The position numbers and the translations under genes were made by a program. From NCBI GenBank assembly GCA_963836735.1, contig CAWIKP010000018.1:165414-229413 (forward strand): a stretch of 64,000 nt of DNA, written 5' to 3'. Position 1 is the first letter of the stretch. Every line of letters starts with the position of its first letter. Under the pieces are notes generated by a model that saw only the letters and a program-made list of their open reading frames with translations, ran no database searches and was not told the origin of the DNA. Shown here in pieces: positions 10,014 through 19,991 of this stretch. The stretch is from an uncultured Acidobacteriota bacterium (GTDB lineage Bacteria; Acidobacteriota; Vicinamibacteria; Vicinamibacterales; 2-12-FULL-66-21).

Positions 10014-12827
10014 GTGGCACTCGTTCTCGCAATAGAGCCCGACACCAGGCAGGCAGAGATCCTCAAGCACATCGTCCGTGAGCTGGTACGGGCGGAGCTG
10101 ATCCTGGTCGAGACACGCGACGATGCCGTCGCGGCGATCGATCAGCAGCTCCCCGACGTGATTCTGCTGACCGCGTTGCTGTCGCCGCGCGACGAGGACG
10201 AGCTCATCTCCCACCTGCGGCACCTGGGCGCGGCCGAGCACCTCCAGACGCATACGATTCCCCTGCTGTCGGGCGCTCGGGTGACGGAGCCGTCGGGCCG
10301 CAGCGGCGGCCTGCTCGGCAAGTTCCGCAAGAAGAAGGAAGTCGAACAGATTGCCGGGTGCGATCCGGAGATGTTCGCCGCGGAAGTCCGGGCATTTCTC
10401 GCTCGTGCCGCCGAGCTCAAGGCCGAAGCCCGGACATCCCCACGAGCGTCCGAGTTCGCAATACCGTCTCCCGCACGAGCGTCCGAGTTCGCAGTCTCAC
10501 AGCGTCCGAGCCGTCTCCAGGTTACGACGAGCCTCCGCCGCCGCATGCGGCGAGCGTCAACGCGAACGTACCCGCGGAACAGACCCCCGTGGAACCGGCG
10601 GCCGACGACTCGGTTGACGAGTCGTCGTGGTCCTCGCCTTTCGAATGGAAGTCCGCCTACTCCTCGTCATCGAAGCTGGCGACGCAGGCGGCAGTTGCCG
10701 AGGCCAACGCCAAGGCCGAAAAGGCGCGGCAGAAAGAGTTCGCAGCCCAGGCTGAGGCCGAGCGCTTGAAGATGGTGGCGCTCGAAGAAGAGGCGCAGCG
10801 GGAGCACGAAAGAGATCGAGGCGCTGCGGCGCGAGGCGCAGGAACAGGCCGCCGAGCTACGCGTCGAGGCGGAACAGCAGGCCGCGGAGCTCCGCCGGGA
10901 GGCTGAACAGCGCGAAGAACAGCTGCGGCGCGAGGCGGAGGAACACCGCCGGGAAGCCGAGCGGCTTCGCACCGAGGCCGAAGCGGCGGCCGAGCGCGCC
11001 CTCGTCGAATCGCTCCGTCGGCAGGAAGCGGAAGCCGAAGCGGAGGCGATGGAGCGGGAGCGGAACGAGGACATTCGCCGGCTGCGTGCCGAAGCGGCGG
11101 CGGCGGCCGAACACGCACGGAAAGAGGAACGGGCGAGACTCGACGCCGAGGCGGCGATGGCCGGCGCGGTCGAACGGGCGCGTGAAGAAGAGCGCGCGCG
11201 GCTGGAGAGTGCCGCGACGCTTGCCGCGGAGCAGGCACGCGCCGAAGAACGCCGCCGCATCGAGGCGGAAGTGGCCGCGGCCGCGGCGCGTGTCGAGGAA
11301 GAGGAACGGACGCGCATAGCCGCGGCGGCATCGACGGCAGCCGAACACGCACGTGAGGAAGAACGGGTGCGGCTCACGGCTGCAGCCACCGCGGCCGCCG
11401 AACATGCGCGGGCGGAGGAGCGCCGCCGGATCGACGCCGAGGCCGCCGTGGCCGCCGCGAGAGCGCGCGAGGAAGAACGGGCGCGGCTCGCAGCGGACGC
11501 CGCGGCCGCGGCCGATCGCGCCCGGGAAGAGGAACGGGCCCGGCTCGAAGCGGCGGCCAACACGGCCGCCGAACAGGCGCGCAACGAAGAACGGCGACGG
11601 CTCGAGGCTGAGGCGGTCGCCTCGGCGGCGCGCGCCAGGGAAGAGGAACGCGGTCGCCTGGCGGCTGAAGCCGCAGCTGCGGTCGAACACGCCCGTGAGG
11701 AAGAACGGGCCCGCCTGTCCGTAGTCGCCGCGGCGGCCGCCGACCAGGCCAGAGCGGAAGAGCGCCGCAGGCTGCAGGCCGAGATCGTCGTGGCAGCCGC
11801 GCGGGCGCGCGAAGAAGAACGGGCGCGTGCCGCGGTCGAGGCTGCGGCAGCAGCGGACCGGGCCAAGGTGGAGGAACACCGACGGGCCGAAGTCCAGGTC
11901 GCGGCAGCTGCGGAGCGCGCCCGGGAGGAAGAGCGACGACGGGTCGATGCCGAGCTCGCGGCCGCGGTCAAGCGCTCGAAGGATGAAGAGCGCCGCCGCC
12001 TGGAGGCGGAGGAAGCCGTCGCCGCCGCGAGGGTACGAGAAGAAGAGCGGGCGCATGCCGCCGCTGAAGCGGTCGCCGCCATCGAACGCGCGCGCACCGA
12101 GGAGAGAAAACGGTTGTCCGCCGAAGCTGCGGCAGCCGCAGAGCGCGCGCGCGAAGAAGAGCGGGCGCGGCTGGCGGTCGAAGCCGCGGCGGCAGCCGCC
12201 CGCGCCCGCACCGAGATTCAGGCGCTCGAAAGCGAGGCTCGGCTGGCGAGCCAGCGCGCGAGAGACGCCGAGCGGGCCATCGAGGAGGAACGCCAACGGC
12301 TGCATGCCGACACGCAGGCCGCCGCCAATCGCGCCAGAGAAGAAGAGCGGGCCCGGCTCGAAGCCGAGCAGCGGGAACGCGAGGAGCAGGCCGCGGCCGA
12401 CAAGAAGGCGGCGGGCCAGCGACGGCGGGATCGCAAGCGGCGCGCGCCAACCACGCCCGAGACCGAGGACGCGCCGGCGCCGATCGAACCACTGGTGGTC
12501 GGCGATCAGTTTGCCGAGTTCCGCGAGGATTTCGAAGGCGTCGTGCCGGAGGTGTTCCGGCTGATGCCGCTCACGACCTGGACGCGGGCCGAGAACTGGA
12601 CCCGCGCCGGCGGAGACGAAGAGTCACAGGATGGCGAGCGTGATGACCTTCGCGAGCTGTTTGCCGGCCTGGCATTGCCGCCGCAAGTCGCCGGTGTGAC
12701 GTATGCGGAAGGCTGCCGCATCCGGCGGGTACGCGTGCCCGGCGGCAAGGCCACGCCGCGCGGCGGCGATCAGACGCTGATCGTGTCCAAACGCCTGCTC
12801 GAGGAAGTTCGCGGCGCCAATCGCTGA
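10014..12827 (+). CDS. Pseudo-receiver domain + long Ala/Glu/Arg 19-aa-repeat helical protein (frameshifts near 10500 and 10810)
   Basis: GTG start after GAGGGA. ALVLAIEPD...QLPDVILLT has a receiver-like pattern. The CDS is stitched through ORFs 10358..10906 and 11049..12827. Confidence 0.75.
11115..12210 (+). repeat. Intragenic 57-bp (19-aa) tandem repeat, about 19-20 units
   Basis: Units such as AREEERARLESAATLAAEQ, ARAEERRRIEAEVAAAAAR and AREEERARLAADAAAAADR. Confidence 0.9.
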
Positions 12828-14116
12828 TGGAGCATCACTCGTCCGCGCAAGCGCCGACCTCCAATCCTTCGGTGCCGCGCTCGCTCTGGACCTCACGACG
12901 TCTCACCGTCTGGGGCGCAGGCCTGCTGTGTCTCAGCTGGTTCATCTACATCCACACGATGGCGGTGCCGGGGCTCGTCGATCGCGCCGGACGATTCAAG
13001 GGCACGGACCACATCTACTTTTACGTCATGGGGTCCCTGATGCTCGACGGTCGCATCGAGGACCTCTACAGTCCCGATGCCCACCTCGCGGAGGGCCAGC
13101 GCCGAATCGATCCGAACCTCCGCCTGTACGCGCCCCACTCCAACTATGGACCGCAGGTCGCCTGGGCGTTCGTGCCGCTCGCACACCTCCCATACGGGTA
13201 CTCGCTCACCCTGTTCCTGCTTTTTAGTGCTGTCTGCTACGGCTGCAGCGTGTGGCTGATCTGGCGGGATCTTCCGGGGCTTGCTCCCTACGGCAGGCTC
13301 GTCGCGCTGCTGGCCGCGGCATCGCCTCTGTTCCTGTCGCTGTTCCGGTACGCGCAGCTCAGCGCGATCACGCTGCTGCTGCTCTCGCTCGCACTCGCAG
13401 CCCTCCGCCGCAATCACCACCTTCTCGCCGGCATCGTCATCGGCACGCTGATTTTCAAGCCTCAGTTGGGTGTGGTACTTGGGATCGCCCTCGTGGCGGC
13501 GGCGGAATGGCGGATCGTGGCGGGAGCTGCGATTGCAGGCCTCGCGCAGATAGGCCTGGCGTGGGCCGTGAGCAGCACGTTCGTGATGCGCCAGTACGTC
13601 GAGGTGCTCTGGCGGCTGCTGCGCGACCCCTCGCTCGTCGAGATTTACCCAACCGAGGTCCACTCGCTGCACGGATTTCTTCAGCTCCTGCTCCCCCACT
13701 CACCATTCATGAGTTTCGTATCGCTGGCCGGGACGGTTACGCTCGTCGCGATCGCGATTCGAGTCTGGAGAAGCCGGGGCGACATCGGACTCCGCTGGGC
13801 CACCATGGTGCTCTTGACCGTGCTCGCCTCGCCGCACCTTCTTACCTACGATCTTCTGCTGCTGAGCATCCCCGTGTTGACGTTTGCGCACTGGGCGGTC
13901 AACCACCGCGACGATCGGCTCCAGAGAAGCGTGAACGTGTGCCTGCTGCTCGTGTATCTCGCTCCATTCAGCAGCAACCTCGCGCGCCTGTGGCCGGTTC
14001 AAGCCTCGGTCGTCGCAATCGGTGCGCTGACATGTCTGGGGGTCGCCTTGAGCAGGAAGGCCACCGGGGCCGGCGATGAGCAGCGGGAGCCGGACGTCTC
14101 GCCGCAGGCGGCCTGA
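12827..14116 (+). CDS. GT87/DUF2029-like polytopic membrane glycosyltransferase (GT-C fold)
   Basis: GTDHIYFY..G, NYGPQVAWAFVPLAHLPY, LIFKPQLG, LASPHLLTYDLLLL and many TM segments. TGATG overlap with the upstream gene. Confidence 0.8.
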   Translation: MEHHSSAQAPTSNPSVPRSLWTSRRLTVWGAGLLCLSWFIYIHTMAVPGLVDRAGRFKGTDHIYFYVMGSLMLDGRIEDLYSPDAHLAEGQRRIDPNLRLYAPHSNYGPQVAWAFVPLAHLPYGYSLTLFLLFSAVCYGCSVWLIWRDLPGLAPYGRLVALLAAASPLFLSLFRYAQLSAITLLLLSLALAALRRNHHLLAGIVIGTLIFKPQLGVVLGIALVAAAEWRIVAGAAIAGLAQIGLAWAVSSTFVMRQYVEVLWRLLRDPSLVEIYPTEVHSLHGFLQLLLPHSPFMSFVSLAGTVTLVAIAIRVWRSRGDIGLRWATMVLLTVLASPHLLTYDLLLLSIPVLTFAHWAVNHRDDRLQRSVNVCLLLVYLAPFSSNLARLWPVQASVVAIGALTCLGVALSRKATGAGDEQREPDVSPQAA

Positions 14117-14263
14117 GGCCGAATCGGCCATCGATCACTTTCTCCGATGGCCTTCCCAGCCGAGGATCGCAGTTTCTGCATGCTTTCATCTGCCCGCTCG
14201 TGAAAGTCAGCGAAAGTGGCCGGGTTTCAACCGGCATCCCGTTTGCCCCGCGATCGGTCCACT

Positions 14264-16681
14264 ATGCCCTGGGAGTCGGGTGACCGCGTGATCGTACGCG
14301 GTGAACACTGGAGCGTCCTCCGGACTTCGTCGTTCGATGACTGCGCGGCGCTCGATCTGGCGAGCCACGATCGCCCCGGCATCACTCGCACGTTCCTGGT
14401 TCCTTTCGATCGCCCGCGCCGGGCGTCTCCCCCGCGTCTCACGATGGTCTCGACAAGGCGATGGCGCGAGGAGGTTGCGGGAATGGTTGCCGAATCCTTC
14501 CCGTACGGCGGCCTCCGGTGCTGTCCGCCAACCATCCGACTGCTTCCGTATCAGCTCGAGCCGGCCCTCGCCGTGTTCCGGCACGGCGTCACGCGCCTGC
14601 TCATCGCAGACGATGTGGGGGTTGGAAAGACGGTGGAGGCAGGATTGATCGTCAGGGAGGTCGCGGGAAGGAGCCACGCCGGCCGGATCCTGATCCTCGT
14701 GCCCGCCTCGCTGAAGGACCAATGGCAGCAGGAGCTGCGCACGCTTTTCGGGATCGAAGCGATCGATGCCGGCGCGAGGTGGCTGCACACGTCGAGCGGC
14801 GAGCTTCCCGCGGAGGTGAATCCGTGGTCGCTGCCCGGCGTCTACCTGGCCTCGACTGATTTCGTGAAACGCGCCGAGGCGCTCCGGCCGCTGGAGGATG
14901 TCCGCTGGGACCTGCTCGTGCTGGACGAAGCGCACGCGACAACACCGGGAAGTCATCGCAGGACGGCGATACACGCGCTGGCCTGCCGCGCACGGCTGGT
15001 AGTTCTGTTGACGGCGACGCCTCACACCGGAGACGACCGTCAGTTCGACGAGCTCTGCGCGATCGGACAGGTCGATTCGTCTGAATCGATTGTCTGTTTC
15101 CGGCGGGCGCGCGCGGATGTTCTGCCTGATGTCGCGCCGGCGAGGAGCCGGGTGATCCGCGTCCGGCTCTCGGATGCCGAACGGAGGCTGCATCGGGAGC
15201 TCGAGTCCTACACGTCGCGGCTGTGGGCGTGCGGAGCCGGTCGAACCGATACCAATCCCGCGTTGCTGGCGACGATGCTCCGGAAGCGTGCGCTGTCGAG
15301 CGCGGGCTCGCTGGTCAGGTCGCTGAAGCGGCGGCTCCAATTGATGGACGCACCACCGGTCGACGAGATTCAGCTGTGGCTCCCGCTATCGCCTGAAGAC
15401 GAAGAACGCGGAGAGGTCGAGGACCTGCCGGCCGAGCGCGTCATGGGCGGGACGGGCCTTGGAGACCCGGTCGAGGAGCGGGTCAGGATAGAGCAGATTC
15501 TCGACGCCGCGAGGCCCGCCTGCGAATCCGAGAGCAAGATGCGCGCGCTCCTGCGGCTGCTGCGCCGCGTGAGGGAACCGGCGATCGTCTTCACCGAATA
15601 CCGCGATACCGCCGATCGGCTGCGAGACGCGTTGATGCGAGCCGGCCATCGCGTGGTGGTTCTACACGGCGGCCTTACTGCCGTCGAACGCCGCACGGCG
15701 ATCGAAGAGTTCAACAAGGGCGACGCGCTGCTCGTGGCCACCGACGCGGCCTCCGAAGGGCTCAACCTCCAGCACCGCTGCCGGCTGGTGGTTCATTTCG
15801 AGCTGCCGTGGACACCCTCGCGGCTGCACCAGCGATGTGGCCGCGTGAGCCGCATCGGCCAGACACTGCCAGTTCATGAAGTCGCCCTCGTCGCCGACGA
15901 CACGGCCGAGCGGCTGGTCATCGATCCCCTCGTGCGACGCGCCGGACGAGCGGGACACTTCGGGGTCGCATCACTTACGGCGCAGTTGCCCGAGGCCAGA
16001 GTTTCGGAGCGCTTGCTCGGTGGCGTCCCCGAAGCCACGACCCTCGCTGTCGGCGGACGCCTGCCGCTGAACCTCGTCACCCTCGATCTGCGCCACGAAG
16101 CCGTCGCTGAAGCGGCTCGGCTGGAACTGCTCCGCCGCTTCGAGCGCCGGCCGCGCCCCAGCCAGGGCGGCCGTCCCATGCTGCCGGCCGCGCATGCTGG
16201 CCGCACGACCACGAGGGCTGGAGAGGCGGTGCTCACCCTGGTCGTGACGACCACCATCCGTGATCGAATGGGCGGTCCGCTGGAAGAGGGAACAGTGGCC
16301 GTTTCCGGCAGGCTGCCTGGTCTCTCCTGGCGTCCGGACCGCGCGGCGTTCGGGCGGCAATTGCCAACTCTGCTCGAACAGATCGTGCCGGGCCTTCGCA
16401 GGCGTCTGTCACGCCGCGCCGGTCCTCGCCTGTCGGAGGTCCGCGCGATGCACGACAGGGTGAGCCAGGCAATTGGACGCCGGGAAACGGCAATCGAAGG
16501 CTCACTCCGGTCGGCGGCCCGCGAGCTGGTGCAGGCCGGATTGTTCGATCGGCGCGCCCTTCGAACGGGAAACCAGCGGCCCGCAGGGCCGGTCTTGTGC
16601 GGGAACACGGATCGATCGGAGCGAACGATCCTGCGGGCGCGTTTGCGGCTCCGGGCCGTGCTGTGCGGGAGACTCGGGTGA
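14264..16681 (+). CDS. SNF2-family helicase, DISARM DrmD-like
   Basis: LLPYQLEP, RLLIADDVGVGKTVEAGLI, LVLDEAH, LLTATPH, IVFTEYRDT, LVATDAASEGLNLQ, LPWTPSRLHQRCGRVSRIGQ. Confidence 0.88.
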   Translation: MPWESGDRVIVRGEHWSVLRTSSFDDCAALDLASHDRPGITRTFLVPFDRPRRASPPRLTMVSTRRWREEVAGMVAESFPYGGLRCCPPTIRLLPYQLEPALAVFRHGVTRLLIADDVGVGKTVEAGLIVREVAGRSHAGRILILVPASLKDQWQQELRTLFGIEAIDAGARWLHTSSGELPAEVNPWSLPGVYLASTDFVKRAEALRPLEDVRWDLLVLDEAHATTPGSHRRTAIHALACRARLVVLLTATPHTGDDRQFDELCAIGQVDSSESIVCFRRARADVLPDVAPARSRVIRVRLSDAERRLHRELESYTSRLWACGAGRTDTNPALLATMLRKRALSSAGSLVRSLKRRLQLMDAPPVDEIQLWLPLSPEDEERGEVEDLPAERVMGGTGLGDPVEERVRIEQILDAARPACESESKMRALLRLLRRVREPAIVFTEYRDTADRLRDALMRAGHRVVVLHGGLTAVERRTAIEEFNKGDALLVATDAASEGLNLQHRCRLVVHFELPWTPSRLHQRCGRVSRIGQTLPVHEVALVADDTAERLVIDPLVRRAGRAGHFGVASLTAQLPEARVSERLLGGVPEATTLAVGGRLPLNLVTLDLRHEAVAEAARLELLRRFERRPRPSQGGRPMLPAAHAGRTTTRAGEAVLTLVVTTTIRDRMGGPLEEGTVAVSGRLPGLSWRPDRAAFGRQLPTLLEQIVPGLRRRLSRRAGPRLSEVRAMHDRVSQAIGRRETAIEGSLRSAARELVQAGLFDRRALRTGNQRPAGPVLCGNTDRSERTILRARLRLRAVLCGRLG

Positions 16682-19600
16682 TTGCCGGTATGTCCGGCTC
16701 GTTGCTGTCGCATGATGCGGTCGAGCGGCTGATCGCGTCCGGTGCCGAGCCGCAGCTGACTCCGGACAGGTGGCTGCCTCTTCAGCGTCGACTGCGCGGG
16801 TGGCACGTGGAGCTCCGGCAGCGGCTCGGCCCTACCGCGGGCCCCCGTACGGTCTTCGATCTCGTCGCGAGTCCGTTCGCGTCGACGCTCGGCTTTGCCG
16901 TCCTGCCCGTGTGTGACGCACCCCCTGCAGCCAGAACCGAGACGGTCGATGCGGAGCTGAGATCCAACGAACGCGCGCTGGCCGTAATCGTGGTCTGCGC
17001 GTGGGGCCGGCCGCCTCGAACCTTCTGGCGTCACTGCGTGCACCGCGCGCTCGCGCATGCCGTCCGATGGGCGCTCTGTGTCAACGGTCAGTCGATTTGT
17101 CTCTTCGACGCCGAGCGCGCGTACTCGCGCCGGTTCCTTCAATTCGATCTGGCGGCAGCTCTCGAGTCCGATCGAGGGCTCACCGTGTTGTGCGGTCTGC
17201 TCGGGGCGCAAGGCCTGGCTGGTGCAGCGAATGGCGCGGCGCTCGAGCGGGTGATGGCGCACTCGGCACGCCACCGTTCGATGGTTCGGCTTTCGCTCCG
17301 CACCGGCGTCTCACAGGCCGTCCTCGAGCTTGTCGCCGCGTTCCGGGTCGTCTCTGCCGGCCGAAAGCGGAGCAATGATGCCGGTCTGCTCGATGAATCG
17401 TTGATCGTGGTGTACCGCCTGCTCTTCCTGCTGTTCGCGGAAGCGAGAGGGCTGGTCCCGACCTGGCATCCTGTCTATCGGGACAGCTATTCCCTCGGCG
17501 GCGTGCGGCGCGAGATGAGACGGGGGATGCCTCGCGGACTGTGGGAGACGCTGCAGGCGCTGTCGCGGCTCGCCCATCGGGGCTGCGGCGCCGGCACGCT
17601 CAAAGTCCCGCCCTTCAACGGCCGGCTGTTCTCCCCCTCGCAGGCGCCGCTCGCGGAAAGCGTCCGGCTCGACGATCGCGCGGTCGCCGCCGCGGTGCAG
17701 GCGTTGACGACGCGGGTCGAAGGCGGAGCGCGGGAGGAGATCGCGTACGGCGATCTCGGCGTCGAGCAGCTTGGCGGCGTCTACGAGCACCTGCTCGACT
17801 TCGACATCGCGACCACCGCCGCGGGCAAAAAGACCATGGTTCCGACGGGCCGGCGGAAGGCGACGGGATCCTTCTACACTCCGCGGACGCTCACCGAATT
17901 CATCGTCCGGAGGGCGCTGGGTCCGCTCGTCGAGAACGGGACCCCGGAAGAAATCCTCGCGCTTCGCATTCTCGATCCGGCAATGGGCAGCGGGGCGTTC
18001 CTGGTTGCGGCCTGCCGGTATCTGGCCGCCAGTTACGAAGCCGCACTGGTTCGTGAGGGGACGCTGGCTGCCTCGGACGTCTCGGACAGCGATCGCGCTG
18101 ATTTCCGCCGTGCGATCGCGCAGCGCTGTTTGTACGGCGTGGACCTGAATCCAATGGCGGTGCAGCTGGCGCGGCTCTCGCTGTGGCTCGCGACGCTGGC
18201 GGCCGACAAGCCGCTGACGTTCCTGGATCACCGCCTGCGAGTGGGCAACAGCTTGATCGGCGCGTCGATCGACGACTTGATGCGGGCACCGGTGACCGGG
18301 CGCGGGCAGAAGCCGAAGGACTTGCCCCTCTTCCCCGAACAGGAGCTCCAGTTCACGCTCCGCACGGCCGTCGGTGTGCGGCGAGGGCTGGCCGAGGTTC
18401 CAGATGACACCCTCGAGCAGGTCCGCAGCAAGGAGCGAAGCCTGGCGTCGCTCGGTGGCGCCGGCGGCCCCCTGGAGAAATGGCGGTCGTCTGCGGACCT
18501 CTGGTGTGCGGCCTATCTCGACGACCGCTGGCGCGAGAAGGGCGTGTTTGGTGTGATCCGCGACTCGCTGGTGCCTGGCAGCGGAGCCCTGCCTCCGCAC
18601 GTCGCCGCCCCTCTGGTCACGCGGCTTACTGCGGTGGCCGCGAAGGAACGACCCTTCCACTGGACCACGGAGTTTCCGGAAGTCTTCTATGACGAGAGCG
18701 GCGCGCCGCTCTCCGATGGCGGGTTCGATGTGATTCTTGGAAATCCTCCCTGGGAGATGCTGCGGGGTGAAGGCCTCGAGAGAGCCGGGCTGACCGCCTT
18801 CGTCAAAGGATCCGGCCACTACAAGCTGCAGGGAGACGGGCACGCCAATCTGTATCAGCTCTTCGTCGAACGAGGGCTGCGGCTGCTTCGCCGCAGCGGC
18901 AGTTGCGGGCTGATTCTGCCGGCCGGCTTTGCGAGCGATCAGGGCAGTTCGGCGCTGCGCAGGCACCTGTTCGAACGGACCGTGGTTCGGACGTTCACCA
19001 CCATCGACAACGCGGAAGGACTGTTTCCCATCCATCGCGGGCTCAAGTTTCTGCTGCTCACGTTCAGCATGCCTGGCCGTACGTCGGACGTTCCGGTGAG
19101 AAGCGGCGTGCGTTTCGTCGATGCGCTGGACCGGATCGCCGACTCCGGGACGGATCCCGACGCCCTCAGCGTTCCGCGCGCGCTCCTCGATCGGGTCGGC
19201 GGCGAGTCGCTGGCGGTCCCGGAACTGCGGAGCGTGGCCGACGTCCGGATCCTGTCCGCCGTGTCAGCTGACGTTCCAGCCCTTTCGGACGCCGACGGCT
19301 GGCGCGCCCAATTCGGCCGCGAGCTCAATGCCACCGACGATCGCCCATACTTCAACGAGTGCGGCAGCGGGATGCCGGTGATCGAGGGAAAGCAGGTCGT
19401 GGCGTTCCGCGCGGAAGTGAACAAGGCGAAGTACTGGATTCCGCCGGACGTGGCCACGACGCTCGTCGATGCCGGCCGGACTTTCTCCCGGGCGCGGCTC
19501 GCCTATCGCGACGTCGCGTCGGCGTCGAACCGGATGACGCTCATTGCGGCGATCGTGCCTCCACGAACGCTGACCACGCACACGCTCTTCTGCCTCAAGA

Positions 19601-19980
19601 CCGCACTGGACGAGGACTCGCAGCTGTTCCTGTGCGGTGTGCTGAACAGCTACGTGGCGAATTACCTGGTCCGGATGCGGGTCACGACGCACGTCACTGC
19701 CAGCATCATGTCGCGCCTGCCGGTTCCCAGACCGCCCCGCGCCGAGCCCCGGTTCGCAGCCGTCGTAAGGGACGTGCGGGCGCTGACTCATGGAGAGGAT
19801 CCCGAGCGGCTCGCCGGGCTGAATGCAACCGTGGCGTCCCTGTACGACCTGACTCCGGCCGAGTTCGAGCACGTCGTCGGAACATTCCCGCTGGTGCCGG
19901 CGGTGGAACGCAGTCTGGCGCTCAGGCGCTTCCGCGAGCACGCCACCGCCGGCAACGAGTATCATTCGCCTTCTCAGTGA
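16678..19980 (+). CDS. Large N6-adenine DNA methyltransferase (type IIG/Eco57I-like, DrmMI-like)
   Basis: YRLLFLLFAEAR, PFNGRLF, LGVEQLGGVYEHLL, RKATGSFYTP, motif I ILDPAMGSGAFL, motif IV GFDVILGNPPW, and a C-terminal TRD-like region. GTGA overlap with the helicase stop. Confidence 0.9.
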   Translation: MIAGMSGSLLSHDAVERLIASGAEPQLTPDRWLPLQRRLRGWHVELRQRLGPTAGPRTVFDLVASPFASTLGFAVLPVCDAPPAARTETVDAELRSNERALAVIVVCAWGRPPRTFWRHCVHRALAHAVRWALCVNGQSICLFDAERAYSRRFLQFDLAAALESDRGLTVLCGLLGAQGLAGAANGAALERVMAHSARHRSMVRLSLRTGVSQAVLELVAAFRVVSAGRKRSNDAGLLDESLIVVYRLLFLLFAEARGLVPTWHPVYRDSYSLGGVRREMRRGMPRGLWETLQALSRLAHRGCGAGTLKVPPFNGRLFSPSQAPLAESVRLDDRAVAAAVQALTTRVEGGAREEIAYGDLGVEQLGGVYEHLLDFDIATTAAGKKTMVPTGRRKATGSFYTPRTLTEFIVRRALGPLVENGTPEEILALRILDPAMGSGAFLVAACRYLAASYEAALVREGTLAASDVSDSDRADFRRAIAQRCLYGVDLNPMAVQLARLSLWLATLAADKPLTFLDHRLRVGNSLIGASIDDLMRAPVTGRGQKPKDLPLFPEQELQFTLRTAVGVRRGLAEVPDDTLEQVRSKERSLASLGGAGGPLEKWRSSADLWCAAYLDDRWREKGVFGVIRDSLVPGSGALPPHVAAPLVTRLTAVAAKERPFHWTTEFPEVFYDESGAPLSDGGFDVILGNPPWEMLRGEGLERAGLTAFVKGSGHYKLQGDGHANLYQLFVERGLRLLRRSGSCGLILPAGFASDQGSSALRRHLFERTVVRTFTTIDNAEGLFPIHRGLKFLLLTFSMPGRTSDVPVRSGVRFVDALDRIADSGTDPDALSVPRALLDRVGGESLAVPELRSVADVRILSAVSADVPALSDADGWRAQFGRELNATDDRPYFNECGSGMPVIEGKQVVAFRAEVNKAKYWIPPDVATTLVDAGRTFSRARLAYRDVASASNRMTLIAAIVPPRTLTTHTLFCLKTALDEDSQLFLCGVLNSYVANYLVRMRVTTHVTASIMSRLPVPRPPRAEPRFAAVVRDVRALTHGEDPERLAGLNATVASLYDLTPAEFEHVVGTFPLVPAVERSLALRRFREHATAGNEYHSPSQ

Positions 19981-19991
19981 CGCACGGTGTG

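Noticed and set aside
14264-19980. Complete DISARM or BREX system, or a genomic island
   Set aside because: No drmA/B/C, pglZ/brxC, integrase, tRNA or att-like repeats are visible in the window.
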